Origin: Oscillospiraceae bacterium
GTDB taxonomy: Bacteria; Bacillota; Clostridia; Monoglobales; WRAG01
Direction: 5' to 3'
Assembly (NCBI GenBank): GCA_009780345.1
Contig: WRAG01000004.1
Span: 19,826-83,825, forward strand
DNA length: 64,000 bases
Program-made: the position numbers and the translations under genes
Notes under the pieces: model-generated
Told to the model about the DNA's origin: nothing
The model's database searches: none
Seen by the model: only the letters and a program-made list of their open reading frames with translations
In this document: in pieces, positions 36,542-43,575 of the stretch
Layout of the letters: each line of letters opens with the position of its first letter
Numbering within the stretch: the first letter of the stretch is position 1

Positions 36542-37112
36542 TGCGCCTGCGGCGCATGGTTTTAGGGCGTTGCCCTAAAAACCCTCTTCGCCGTTGTAGC
36601 GGCAGGCGTTGCGCGGGCGCGCGCGGCGCGGCAAGGACCAGTCCTTGCCAATCCAGCAAACTTTTGCGCGCCAAAAGTTTGAACAAAAGCGCCGCCCTCC
36701 CCGTCGCGACCCTCCCCGACAAAAAGCGTCGGGCGGGTGCCCCGCTGACGGAACCGCGGGCGAAAATTAGTGCAATCAACGCACCCTAATCAAAAAACAT
36801 CTCGCGCTTTTAGGCGCGGCACGAATTTTCATTCAAGACTGCGGCTTTTGCCGCCGTAGGCACTTGGCTGACACGTAGATGTTCGCACATCTCATATAGC
36901 GGCGCGCTTTTAATAGCGCCATAGCGCGTTTGCGCCGCAAGTTTGATAAAACTTTTTAAAGTTTTTCGGGGATTGATAAGGGTGTTCGACAACACCCTTA
37001 TCGCTCTGCGGCAGCTGCCGCACCGCCCGCGCCCGCAGGCGCAAAAATAGGTTTTTAGGGCAAAGCCCTAAAAACCATGCGGCCACAGCCGCACATATGC
37101 GCTTGTCAGCGC
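36542..37112. repeat. R1 GC-rich hairpin-array repeat, copy B (inverted partial unit plus full unit)
   Basis: Core 36841-37112 aligns with 55463-55714 and with the reverse complement of 58097-58330. Modules include GCGGCttttGCCGC, GATAAGGGTGTTcgacAACACCCTTATC, TTAGGGcaaaGCCCTAA, GCGGCcacaGCCGC and GCGCTtgtcAGCGC. Confidence 0.8.
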
Positions 37113-38206
37113 AAGACAGCCCGCTCCCACTCCTCCGCGTGAGAAATCAAATCATTCCTCGCCGCGCTATGCCCGTTCTTAATATAAAATCCCGAAACCG
37201 CGTTCGCAATAACAAGCGAATCCCGCAAACTCAAACCATAATACACCGCCAAAGTAAATCCGGCGTTAAAATTATCTCCGCCACCGGTCGAAATCTTCGG
37301 ATTTTTAATAAAATACGTCTCCACCGTCGCCGCGCCGGACTTGTCAAACGCCGTGCTTCCATTATGAAAATGCACGCATACGACATCCAACCCCGTTACG
37401 CTAAGCATATCGCTTTCCTCAATTTTCTCCGGCGCGTCCGAGTCTGTAAGCGCGTTAAAAACCTGCCGATACTCGTTATAATTCAAATTAAGAATAACTT
37501 TACAATGTTTCGAAACATCACGCAAAACGTCTATAACCTCACAAATATCTTCGCTCTTTCGACGCGCGGTATCGCACAAATCAACCGACACAACCGCATC
37601 CGAAATCCCACGAACATTCGGCAAAACCTCATTCGCAAGCCCGCGCCAAATATCGGTCGAATTTATCATATCACTCCAATTAAACATGCCGATAATCCCC
37701 GCGTCCGAATACATTTCCATAAGTTTATCAACGCCAATTAGCTCCTTAACCCGCTCCCACGTGATCTCATTGAGCGAATTCGCGTTAACAAGCATAATCT
37801 TGCCGTCATTAAACTCCAACGCCGTCGTCTCACCCGGATTCGCTATACTGTGAAGCGTAACATTCTCCATATCCGCAAACAATTTATCAGGAACCGGATA
37901 CCCAACCGCGCCGATTAAATCAACATTCGCGCCCAGTTTCGCTAAGGTCGATGAAAATATCGGCGCGTTGCCGCCCAACTTTCGAACTGTCGTATCAATT
38001 CCGACAGAGCAGCTTTTTCCCGCCCGCGCTTTTATATGCTCGGAAAACACTTCCATATCATTAAAATATTCAGCCCCGTCATCTAATTTCTTTTGAATAG
38101 GACGCACAAGTGTGTCAACAAATCCGTCAAACCCCGCAACAACTTTAGGCGAACAGCCCTCGCTGCGTGTCAAAAATTCATTAACCGCATCTTTTATGTA
38201 AGACAT
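37106..38206 (-). CDS. PfkB/ribokinase-family carbohydrate kinase
   Basis: 366 aa with C-terminal STGGGDNFNAGF (GxGDxF-type motif). The last 2 codons and the stop lie inside the terminal R1 hairpin. Confidence 0.7.
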   Translation of the reverse strand: MSYIKDAVNEFLTRSEGCSPKVVAGFDGFVDTLVRPIQKKLDDGAEYFNDMEVFSEHIKARAGKSCSVGIDTTVRKLGGNAPIFSSTLAKLGANVDLIGAVGYPVPDKLFADMENVTLHSIANPGETTALEFNDGKIMLVNANSLNEITWERVKELIGVDKLMEMYSDAGIIGMFNWSDMINSTDIWRGLANEVLPNVRGISDAVVSVDLCDTARRKSEDICEVIDVLRDVSKHCKVILNLNYNEYRQVFNALTDSDAPEKIEESDMLSVTGLDVVCVHFHNGSTAFDKSGAATVETYFIKNPKISTGGGDNFNAGFTLAVYYGLSLRDSLVIANAVSGFYIKNGHSAARNDLISHAEEWERAVLR

Positions 38207-38297
38207 AGCAAAATATCCCCTCTCTTTTCTCTTTACTACACTTTAGTATATTACCAAATTTCCCATCCGGATGTCAAGTAAAACATATCGCAAAAAT

Positions 38298-38326
38298 ATT
38301 GACTTTTTCCAAGTCACATGGTATGA
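38298..38326 (+). promoter_or_regulatory. Promoter of rnpB
   Basis: TTGACT (38298-38303), 17 nt ending TGG, TATGAT (38321-38326), about 10 nt before the RNA 5' end. Confidence 0.55.
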
Positions 38327-38336
38327 TGTCATAACA

Positions 38337-38811
38337 TTCAGTAAGCCGGACGGTCGCGTGCATATGCGGCAACGCTTTGCATGAGGAAAGTCCGAGCTCC
38401 ATAGGGCAGGGTGCCGGATAACACCCGGCGGAGGCGACTCCAGAGACAGTGCAACAGAAATAAACCGCCCTAGGAGTGTTCAGTTATGAGTAACCGGAGA
38501 CCGGTCGGCGCACAAAAACCATGCGAAAACCAACAATCGAGCCGCCAGGCGAGCAAACTGGTCCCTGAATACTAATAACTGAACACTCCTAGGGTAAGGA
38601 TGGAAAGGCGAGGTAAGAGCTCACCTACCCTTCGGCGACGAAGGGTGACATGTAAACCTCACTCGGAGCAACATCCGAACGTGGAAATACGCCTGCCCGG
38701 CGTTCCACAAAGTCGATGGCATGAGGCGTGTAGTAATATACGCCCTTAGATAGATGACCGTTAATTGCTCTTCGGGACAATGATACAGAACTCGGCTTAC
38801 GGCTTACTGAA
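38337..38811 (+). ncRNA. rnpB: RNase P RNA, type A, with greatly expanded P12
   Basis: GAGGAAAGTCCGAGCTCC (P4 5' strand), CAGTGCAACAGAAATAAACCGCC..GTAAGGATGGAAAGGCGAGGTAAGAGCTCACC, ACAGAACTCGGCTTAC (P4 3' strand), and P1 pairing TTCAGTAAGCCG/CGGCTTACTGAA. Confidence 0.85.
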
Positions 38812-38923
38812 ATTTAAATTAAAAATTTTTACAAAAATCAAGGAATAAAGATTTTGAGAAACACAAAATCTTCATGAGAGTTGTTAACAAAATTAAAATT
38901 TTGACAACTCTCGAAAAAAGTTC

Positions 38924-38952
38924 TTGACAAATTTTTCACATTATGCTATATT
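38924..38952 (+). promoter_or_regulatory. Promoter of rpmG-secE-nusG
   Basis: TTGACA (38924-38929), 17 nt ending TGC (extended -10), TATATT (38947-38952). Confidence 0.6.
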
Positions 38953-39138
38953 AATGTGTACCCTCGTTTTGAGGGATTTATTCGCGGCGCAAAAATACTT
39001 GCTTGCAAGGTAATTTTTGCAACGACAGCCGAGTGTATACTCCGCGATTTGTCGCGGAATGTGCCTAAAAGGCACAAGCGCAGAATTTGTTCTGCGGTAT
39101 GGCACTCGTCATTTGTAAATTGGATAGGAGTTGAAAAT

Positions 39139-39288
39139 ATGAGAACAAAAATTACTTTAGCGTGCGGCGAGTGCAAGCAACGCAACTATGACACAATGAA
39201 AAACAAGAAAAATTCACCGGACAGGCTTGAAATGAACAAGTATTGCAGGTTCTGTCAAAAGCACACCGCTCACAAAGAAACGAAGTAG
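39139..39288 (+). CDS. rpmG: 50S ribosomal protein L33
   Basis: [49 protein letters not shown], with RBS GGAG. Confidence 0.9.
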   Translation: MRTKITLACGECKQRNYDTMKNKKNSPDRLEMNKYCRFCQKHTAHKETK

Positions 39289-39419
39289 GTCAAAAGTGTC
39301 CGAATGGACATGAGGGTCCGGGAAACATCCCGGCCGCCGGCTCGGCGGACTCTAATGACGGACTTCATGTTTTTATAGTGGTTCTGTCAAAAGCACACCG
39401 CTCACAAAGAAACGAAGTA
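39248..39419 (+). repeat. Perfect 40-bp direct duplication of the rpmG 3' end flanking an R2 element
   Basis: GGTTCTGTCAAAAGCACACCGCTCACAAAGAAACGAAGTA occurs at 39248-39287 and at 39380-39419. The first copy is followed by G (TAG stop) and the second by A (TAA). Confidence 0.9.
39293..39367 (+). repeat. R2 structured element, copy 1
   Basis: AAAGTGTCCGAATGGACATGAGGGTCCGGGAAACATCCCGGCCGCCGGCTCGGCGGACTCTAATGACGGACTTCA. Confidence 0.8.
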
Positions 39420-39470
39420 AGCGGTATATCTGTATACATTTGCGCATTAATGTAAAGGAGATTCATTAAT

Positions 39471-39680
39471 ATGGAAAAGGTAAAACGTAATCCGATAACA
39501 GGAATCGGGCGATGGTTTCGCTCAACTATGAGCGAGCTTAAAAAGGTTGTTTGGCCAAGTTTTTCTAAAGTGCGGCAAAACACGCTTATAGTTTTAGTCT
39601 ACATCCTTATCGTAGGCGCTATTATTTGGGCGCTTGATTATGCGTTCGGCTGGATAATGAGACTTGTGCTCGGTAATTAG
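39471..39680 (+). CDS. secE: Preprotein translocase subunit SecE
   Basis: 69 aa. ..ELKKVVWPS..TLIVLVYILIVGAIIWALD with a single TM helix. Canonical position before nusG. Confidence 0.85.
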   Translation: MEKVKRNPITGIGRWFRSTMSELKKVVWPSFSKVRQNTLIVLVYILIVGAIIWALDYAFGWIMRLVLGN

Positions 39681-39722
39681 CTCTCGTTTAGTACGGAATG
39701 AAGTAGTTTTAAGGAGACATAT

Positions 39723-40244
39723 ATGGCTGATAAGGCAAAATGGTATGTTGTGCATACCTATTCGGGATACGAAGACAAGGTTAAAGCTAATCTTGAGAAA
39801 ATTATAGAAAACCGCAATATGCAAGATGTTATTGTGGATATTCGCGTACCTAAAGAAGAGGTCACCGAGAAAAAAGACGACAAAGTGCGCACGGTTATGC
39901 GTAAAACTTTTCCGGGTTATGTAGTTATTAAGATGGAAATGACCGACGTAAGTTGGTTTGTCGTTCGAAATTGCCGCGGCGTTACCGGATTTGTCGGTCC
40001 CGGCGCGAAACCGGTCCCTCTTACCTCCGCCGAAATTGATAATATGGGAATCGAGAGGAAAGTTGTCGTTCTCGATTACGAAGTCGGCGATAACATTCGG
40101 GTCAGATATGGCGCGTTTGAAGGTTTCTTCGGAGTAATCGAAGAAATCAACACTGAAAAGAACAAGGTTTCAACCAAAATTTCAATGTTTGGTCGAGATA
40201 CAACTATCGACCTAGAGTGTGACCAAGTCGAAGTAGTGAAATAA
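39723..40244 (+). CDS. nusG: Transcription termination/antitermination factor NusG
   Basis: KWYVVHTYSGYEDKVKANLE.., ..FPGYVVIKM.. and a C-terminal KOW domain. Confidence 0.95.
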   Translation: MADKAKWYVVHTYSGYEDKVKANLEKIIENRNMQDVIVDIRVPKEEVTEKKDDKVRTVMRKTFPGYVVIKMEMTDVSWFVVRNCRGVTGFVGPGAKPVPLTSAEIDNMGIERKVVVLDYEVGDNIRVRYGAFEGFFGVIEEINTEKNKVSTKISMFGRDTTIDLECDQVEVVK

Positions 40245-40347
40245 ATTTGTGTGAAATTACGCGCCTAGCGTCCGAACGAACTTCTAGAGTATATTGATAC
40301 ACGTCGGCGTCCGCTCGAACACTATGCACGCAATTTGACACAAATTT
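40243..40347. repeat. R3 hairpin element, copy a
   Basis: Ends are AAATTTGTGTGAAATTACGCG ... CACGCAATTTGACACAAATTT (inverted). Starts inside the nusG stop codon. Confidence 0.7.
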
Positions 40348-40385
40348 CAATAATTATTAAGCAATTTATGACTGCAAATTTTTAT

Positions 40386-40499
40386 ATTTGCGTCAAATTG
40401 CGTGAGATTTCGCCTAAAACGCTCAGAAGTGTATATAAAGATATCCGACTGGGCGTTTTAGGTGAAATGTCGCGTGATTTCACGCAAATCCTAAACTGG
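40386..40499. repeat. R3 hairpin element, copy b
   Basis: ATTTGCGTCAAATTGCGTGAGATTTCGCCTAAAACGC ... GCGTTTTAGGTGAAATGTCGCGTGATTTCACGCAAAT. Ends 12 nt before the rplK start. Confidence 0.7.
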
Positions 40500-40511
40500 G
40501 AGGTGAAACTA

Positions 40512-40937
40512 ATGGCGCAAAAAGTTATGGGTTATATAAAGCTACAAATTGACGCGGGCAAAGCATCGCCGGCACCGCCGGTTGGTCCTGCATTGGGTCA
40601 GCATGGTGTTAATATCATGGATTTTTGTAAGCAATTTAACGAGAAAACGCAAAAAGACAGCGGGCTTGTAATTCCTGTTGTTATCACTGTTTATCAAGAC
40701 AGATCGTTCTCATTTATAACAAAAACTCCACCCGCCGCTGTTCTTTTGAAGAAAGCATGCAAAATTGACAAAGGAAGCGGAGTTCCGCAAAAAGACAAAG
40801 TGGCACAAGTAACGCAAGATGATCTACGAGCAATCGCAGAGCAAAAAATGGTTGATTTGAACGCGGCAAGCGTTGAAGCGGCAATGAGAATGGTTGCCGG
40901 AACTGCCAGAAGTATGGGAATTACTGTGGCTGAATAA
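40512..40937 (+). CDS. rplK: 50S ribosomal protein L11
   Basis: [46 protein letters not shown] at 40512 after GGGAGGTG. The upstream part of the track ORF is repeat DNA. Confidence 0.95.
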   Translation: MAQKVMGYIKLQIDAGKASPAPPVGPALGQHGVNIMDFCKQFNEKTQKDSGLVIPVVITVYQDRSFSFITKTPPAAVLLKKACKIDKGSGVPQKDKVAQVTQDDLRAIAEQKMVDLNAASVEAAMRMVAGTARSMGITVAE

Positions 40938-41011
40938 TTACTTGGGAGGGGACGCACGCGTCTTTTATCGCGCACAAAATCCCCGCTTGCACCAATCGGA
41001 GGTATTTAAAA

Positions 41012-41698
41012 ATGGGTAAAAAATATGTAGACAGTTTAAAACTTATCGACAGAGATAAGCAATACGATCCGGCGGAAGCGCTTAACTTAGCTTGCAAAAC
41101 CGCCAAAGCGAAGTTTGACGAAACAATCGAACTTCACGTTAAATTGGGAGTTGACTCTCGTCACGCTGACCAGCAGGTCCGCGGCGCGGTTGTTCTTCCC
41201 AACGGAACCGGTAAAGTTGCGCGTGTGTTAGTGTTCGCGAAAGACGCGAAAGCTGACGAAGCAACTGCGGCGGGCGCTGATTTTGTTGGCGCGGAAGACT
41301 TGGTTCAAAAAATTCAAACCGAGAATTGGTTCGACTTTGACGTGGTTGTCGCAACTCCCGACATGATGGGACTTGTCGGACGAATCGGTAAAACGCTTGG
41401 TCCGAAAGGCTTAATGCCTAACCCGAAAGCGGGAACGGTTACACCTGACGTTACCAAAGCGATTTCTGAAATCAAATCAGGTAAAATCGAATACCGTTTG
41501 GATAAAAGCAACATCATCCACTGTCCAATCGGCAAAGCGTCGTTCGGCGCTGACAAGCTTGCGGAAAACTTTAACGCGCTTATGGGCGCGATCATTAAAG
41601 CGAAACCGTCGGCGGCGAAAGGAACTTACCTTAAAAGCGTTTCGGTTGCAAGCACCATGGGCCCCGGCGTTAAGGTGAACTCGTCCAAGCTTGTATAA
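41012..41698 (+). CDS. rplA: 50S ribosomal protein L1
   Basis: 228 aa. ..[31 protein letters not shown]... Confidence 0.95.
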   Translation: MGKKYVDSLKLIDRDKQYDPAEALNLACKTAKAKFDETIELHVKLGVDSRHADQQVRGAVVLPNGTGKVARVLVFAKDAKADEATAAGADFVGAEDLVQKIQTENWFDFDVVVATPDMMGLVGRIGKTLGPKGLMPNPKAGTVTPDVTKAISEIKSGKIEYRLDKSNIIHCPIGKASFGADKLAENFNALMGAIIKAKPSAAKGTYLKSVSVASTMGPGVKVNSSKLV

Positions 41699-41771
41699 AG
41701 TGCCCGAATGGGCATGAGGGTCCGGGAAACGTCCCGGTCGCCGGCACGGCGGACCCTAATGACGGACCTCA
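41697..41771 (+). repeat. R2 structured element, copy 2
   Basis: AAAGTGCCCGAATGGGCATGAGGGTCCGGGAAACGTCCCGGTCGCCGGCACGGCGGACCCTAATGACGGACCTCA. Begins within the rplA stop codon. Confidence 0.8.
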
Positions 41772-41798
41772 AATTTGATAGAAATTAATTTAAATATT

Positions 41799-41923
41799 CC
41801 ATAGACAGCAGGTTTTGAGGAAATATCCTCAAGTAATCCCCGCCGAGGAGAAACAATATCGAATATTACGCTCTTTTTTGCGTTTATATACGAATGTCCT
41901 CCTGTCTATGGAGGACATTTTTG
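41799..41923 (+). promoter_or_regulatory. rplJ leader: terminator/antiterminator attenuator (L10-leader-like)
   Basis: Terminator ATGTCCTCC-tgtctat-GGAGGACAT followed by TTTTT (41894-41922). The alternative pairing CCATAGACAGCAGG (41799) with CCTCCTGTCTATGG (41898) overlaps the terminator's 5' arm. Confidence 0.5.
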
Positions 41924-41924
41924 T

Positions 41925-42086
41925 AGGGTTATTGGCACTAATAAGAAGCATTAGATTTTTGAGTGAATTTTTCGTTAGGTAAGGCAAAAATTCGCAGACT
42001 GTAATTTGTTTACCGCAAGAATTTTTAACGAAACCTGGCGGAAAATTCGCCAAAAAAATGATATTTCGTTTAGTGCCAATAACCCT
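41925..42086. repeat. 162-bp insertion bounded by a perfect 17-bp inverted repeat in the rplJ leader
   Basis: AGGGTTATTGGCACTAA (41925-41941) and TTAGTGCCAATAACCCT (42070-42086). Confidence 0.7.
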
Positions 42087-42109
42087 GTAATGAAAGGAGG
42101 AAATTAGAT

Positions 42110-42883
42110 ATGCCAAGTAATAAGGTTTTGGATCAAAAAAAGGAAGTTGTATCTTCCATAGTTGAAACTTTCAAATCATCTGCGGCGGGCGTATTGATTG
42201 ACTATCGCGGGCTTAACGTTGCCGAAGATACCGAGCTTCGTAACAAATTCCGTGAAGCGGGCGTTACTTACACCGTTATCAAAAATACCCTAACTCGTTT
42301 CGCGGCGAAAGAAGTCGGTTTCGACGAACTTGACGGGATCCTGCACGGTCCGACATCGCTTGCGACAAGCGAATCTGACGTAATCGCGCCGGCGAAAATT
42401 ATCGCTGAATTCGCGAAAGACCACCCTGTGGTTGAAATCAAAGCCGGATTTGTTGAAGGAAAAATCGTAAGCATCGACGAAGTTAAGGCGCTTGCGGCAA
42501 TCCCGGGCAAAGAAGTGTTGCTTGCGAAAATGTTGGGAAGTCTTATGGGACCGCTTACAGGTCTTGCTGTTGCGCTTAATGCCGTTGTTGAAAAAGACGG
42601 TAAACCTAGCGCAGAGGAACCCCCTGCGGCAGAAGTTGCAGCAGAAGCTCCCGCTGAGGCAGTTGTAGAAGAAGCGGCAGCGCCTGAGGCTGTAACCGAA
42701 GAAGCTCCTGCGGAAGCAGTAGCAGAAGAAGCGGCACCTGTTGAAGAGGTTGCTGCTGAACCGGCGGCTGAGGAAGCTCCCGCTGAAGCGGCAGCAGAAG
42801 AGCCTGCGGCTGAAGCTGACGTTGACGAAGTGAACGAAGAAAAATCGGACGCGCCTGCGGAAGATGTAGACGCAACTGAATAA
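42110..42883 (+). CDS. rplJ: 50S ribosomal protein L10 with ~90-aa Ala/Glu/Pro-rich C-terminal extension
   Basis: The N-terminal ~165 aa are typical L10 (..VLIDYRGLNVAEDTELR..). The tail from ~42605 is EEPPAAEVAAEAPAEAVVEEAAAPEA... Confidence 0.9.
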   Translation: MPSNKVLDQKKEVVSSIVETFKSSAAGVLIDYRGLNVAEDTELRNKFREAGVTYTVIKNTLTRFAAKEVGFDELDGILHGPTSLATSESDVIAPAKIIAEFAKDHPVVEIKAGFVEGKIVSIDEVKALAAIPGKEVLLAKMLGSLMGPLTGLAVALNAVVEKDGKPSAEEPPAAEVAAEAPAEAVVEEAAAPEAVTEEAPAEAVAEEAAPVEEVAAEPAAEEAPAEAAAEEPAAEADVDEVNEEKSDAPAEDVDATE

Positions 42884-42924
42884 TTAAAATTTAAAATTAA
42901 TGAAAATTAGGAGGATTAAAAACA

Positions 42925-43296
42925 ATGGCTGATATTCAAAAATTGTTAGACGACGTTAAAGCGTTGACTATAATGGAACTTGCTGAGTTTGTTAAGTTAG
43001 TAGAGGAAGAGTTTGGCGTATCCGCGGCACCTATGGCGGTTGCGGTTGCAGGTGCTCCTGCGGCAGGCGGCGCAGCTGAGGAAAAGAGCGAATTCGACGT
43101 AATTCTTGCATCTCCGGGCGCGGAAAAAATTAAAGTTATCAAAGTTGTTAGAGAAATCACAGGTTTGGGACTTGCTGAAGCTAAGGCGTTGGTTGACGGC
43201 GCGCCGAAACCGCTTAAAGAGGGAATCGGTAAAGAAGACGCTGAGGGCTACAAAGCTAAACTTGAAGAAGTTGGCGCTACTGTTGAATTGAAGTAA
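42925..43296 (+). CDS. rplL: 50S ribosomal protein L7/L12
   Basis: ..[44 protein letters not shown]... Confidence 0.95.
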   Translation: MADIQKLLDDVKALTIMELAEFVKLVEEEFGVSAAPMAVAVAGAPAAGGAAEEKSEFDVILASPGAEKIKVIKVVREITGLGLAEAKALVDGAPKPLKEGIGKEDAEGYKAKLEEVGATVELK

Positions 43297-43329
43297 TAAG
43301 TGCCCACTAATACGAAAGGGTGAACTAAC

Positions 43330-43518
43330 ATGGCAAAATGTGAAATTTGCGGAAAAGGCGTTATGTTCGGAAATAACGTCAGTCACTCTCACCGCAGGAG
43401 TAACAGACCTTTTAAACCTAACATCAAACGGGTTCGCGCGGTTGTCAAAGGCACACCAAAGCGCGTATACGCTTGCACTCGTTGCTTGCGTTCAAATAAG
43501 GTCGAAAGAAGCGTGTAA
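43330..43518 (+). CDS. rpmB: 50S ribosomal protein L28
   Basis: MAKCEICGKGVMFGNNVSHSHRRSNRPFKPNIKRVRAV... Confidence 0.9.
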   Translation: MAKCEICGKGVMFGNNVSHSHRRSNRPFKPNIKRVRAVVKGTPKRVYACTRCLRSNKVERSV

Positions 43519-43521
43519 AAC

Positions 43522-43550
43522 AAAAAAGAGCCAATTGGCTCTTTTTTTTT
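43522..43550 (+). terminator. Intrinsic terminator
   Basis: AAAAAAGAGCCAATTGGCTCTTTTTTTTT. Confidence 0.85.
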
Positions 43551-43575
43551 GAAAAATTTTGCCGAAAAATAAATC

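Noticed and set aside
35683-36789. 368-aa plus-strand ORF spanning the GH88 gene, the nitroreductase gene and R1 repeat DNA
   Set aside because: It runs antisense through two well-supported genes and into repeat sequence. It is extremely Arg-rich, so I treat it as an artefact of GC-rich antisense frames.
37097-37741. 214-aa plus-strand ORF starting in the R1 repeat and running antisense through the kinase gene
   Set aside because: It is Arg/Ile/Asn-rich antisense translation. The minus-strand kinase has a recognisable GxGDxF motif region.
42606-42875. 89-aa minus-strand ORF rich in Leu/Pro/Gln
   Set aside because: It is the mirror image of the repetitive Ala/Glu/Pro tail of rplJ and has no independent support.
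43297-43551. rpmB directly after rplL, with no rpoB/rpoC following, as a rearrangement signal
   Set aside because: This is real but probably ordinary lineage-specific gene order. A clean terminator follows rpmB and there is no sign of a breakpoint or mobile DNA.
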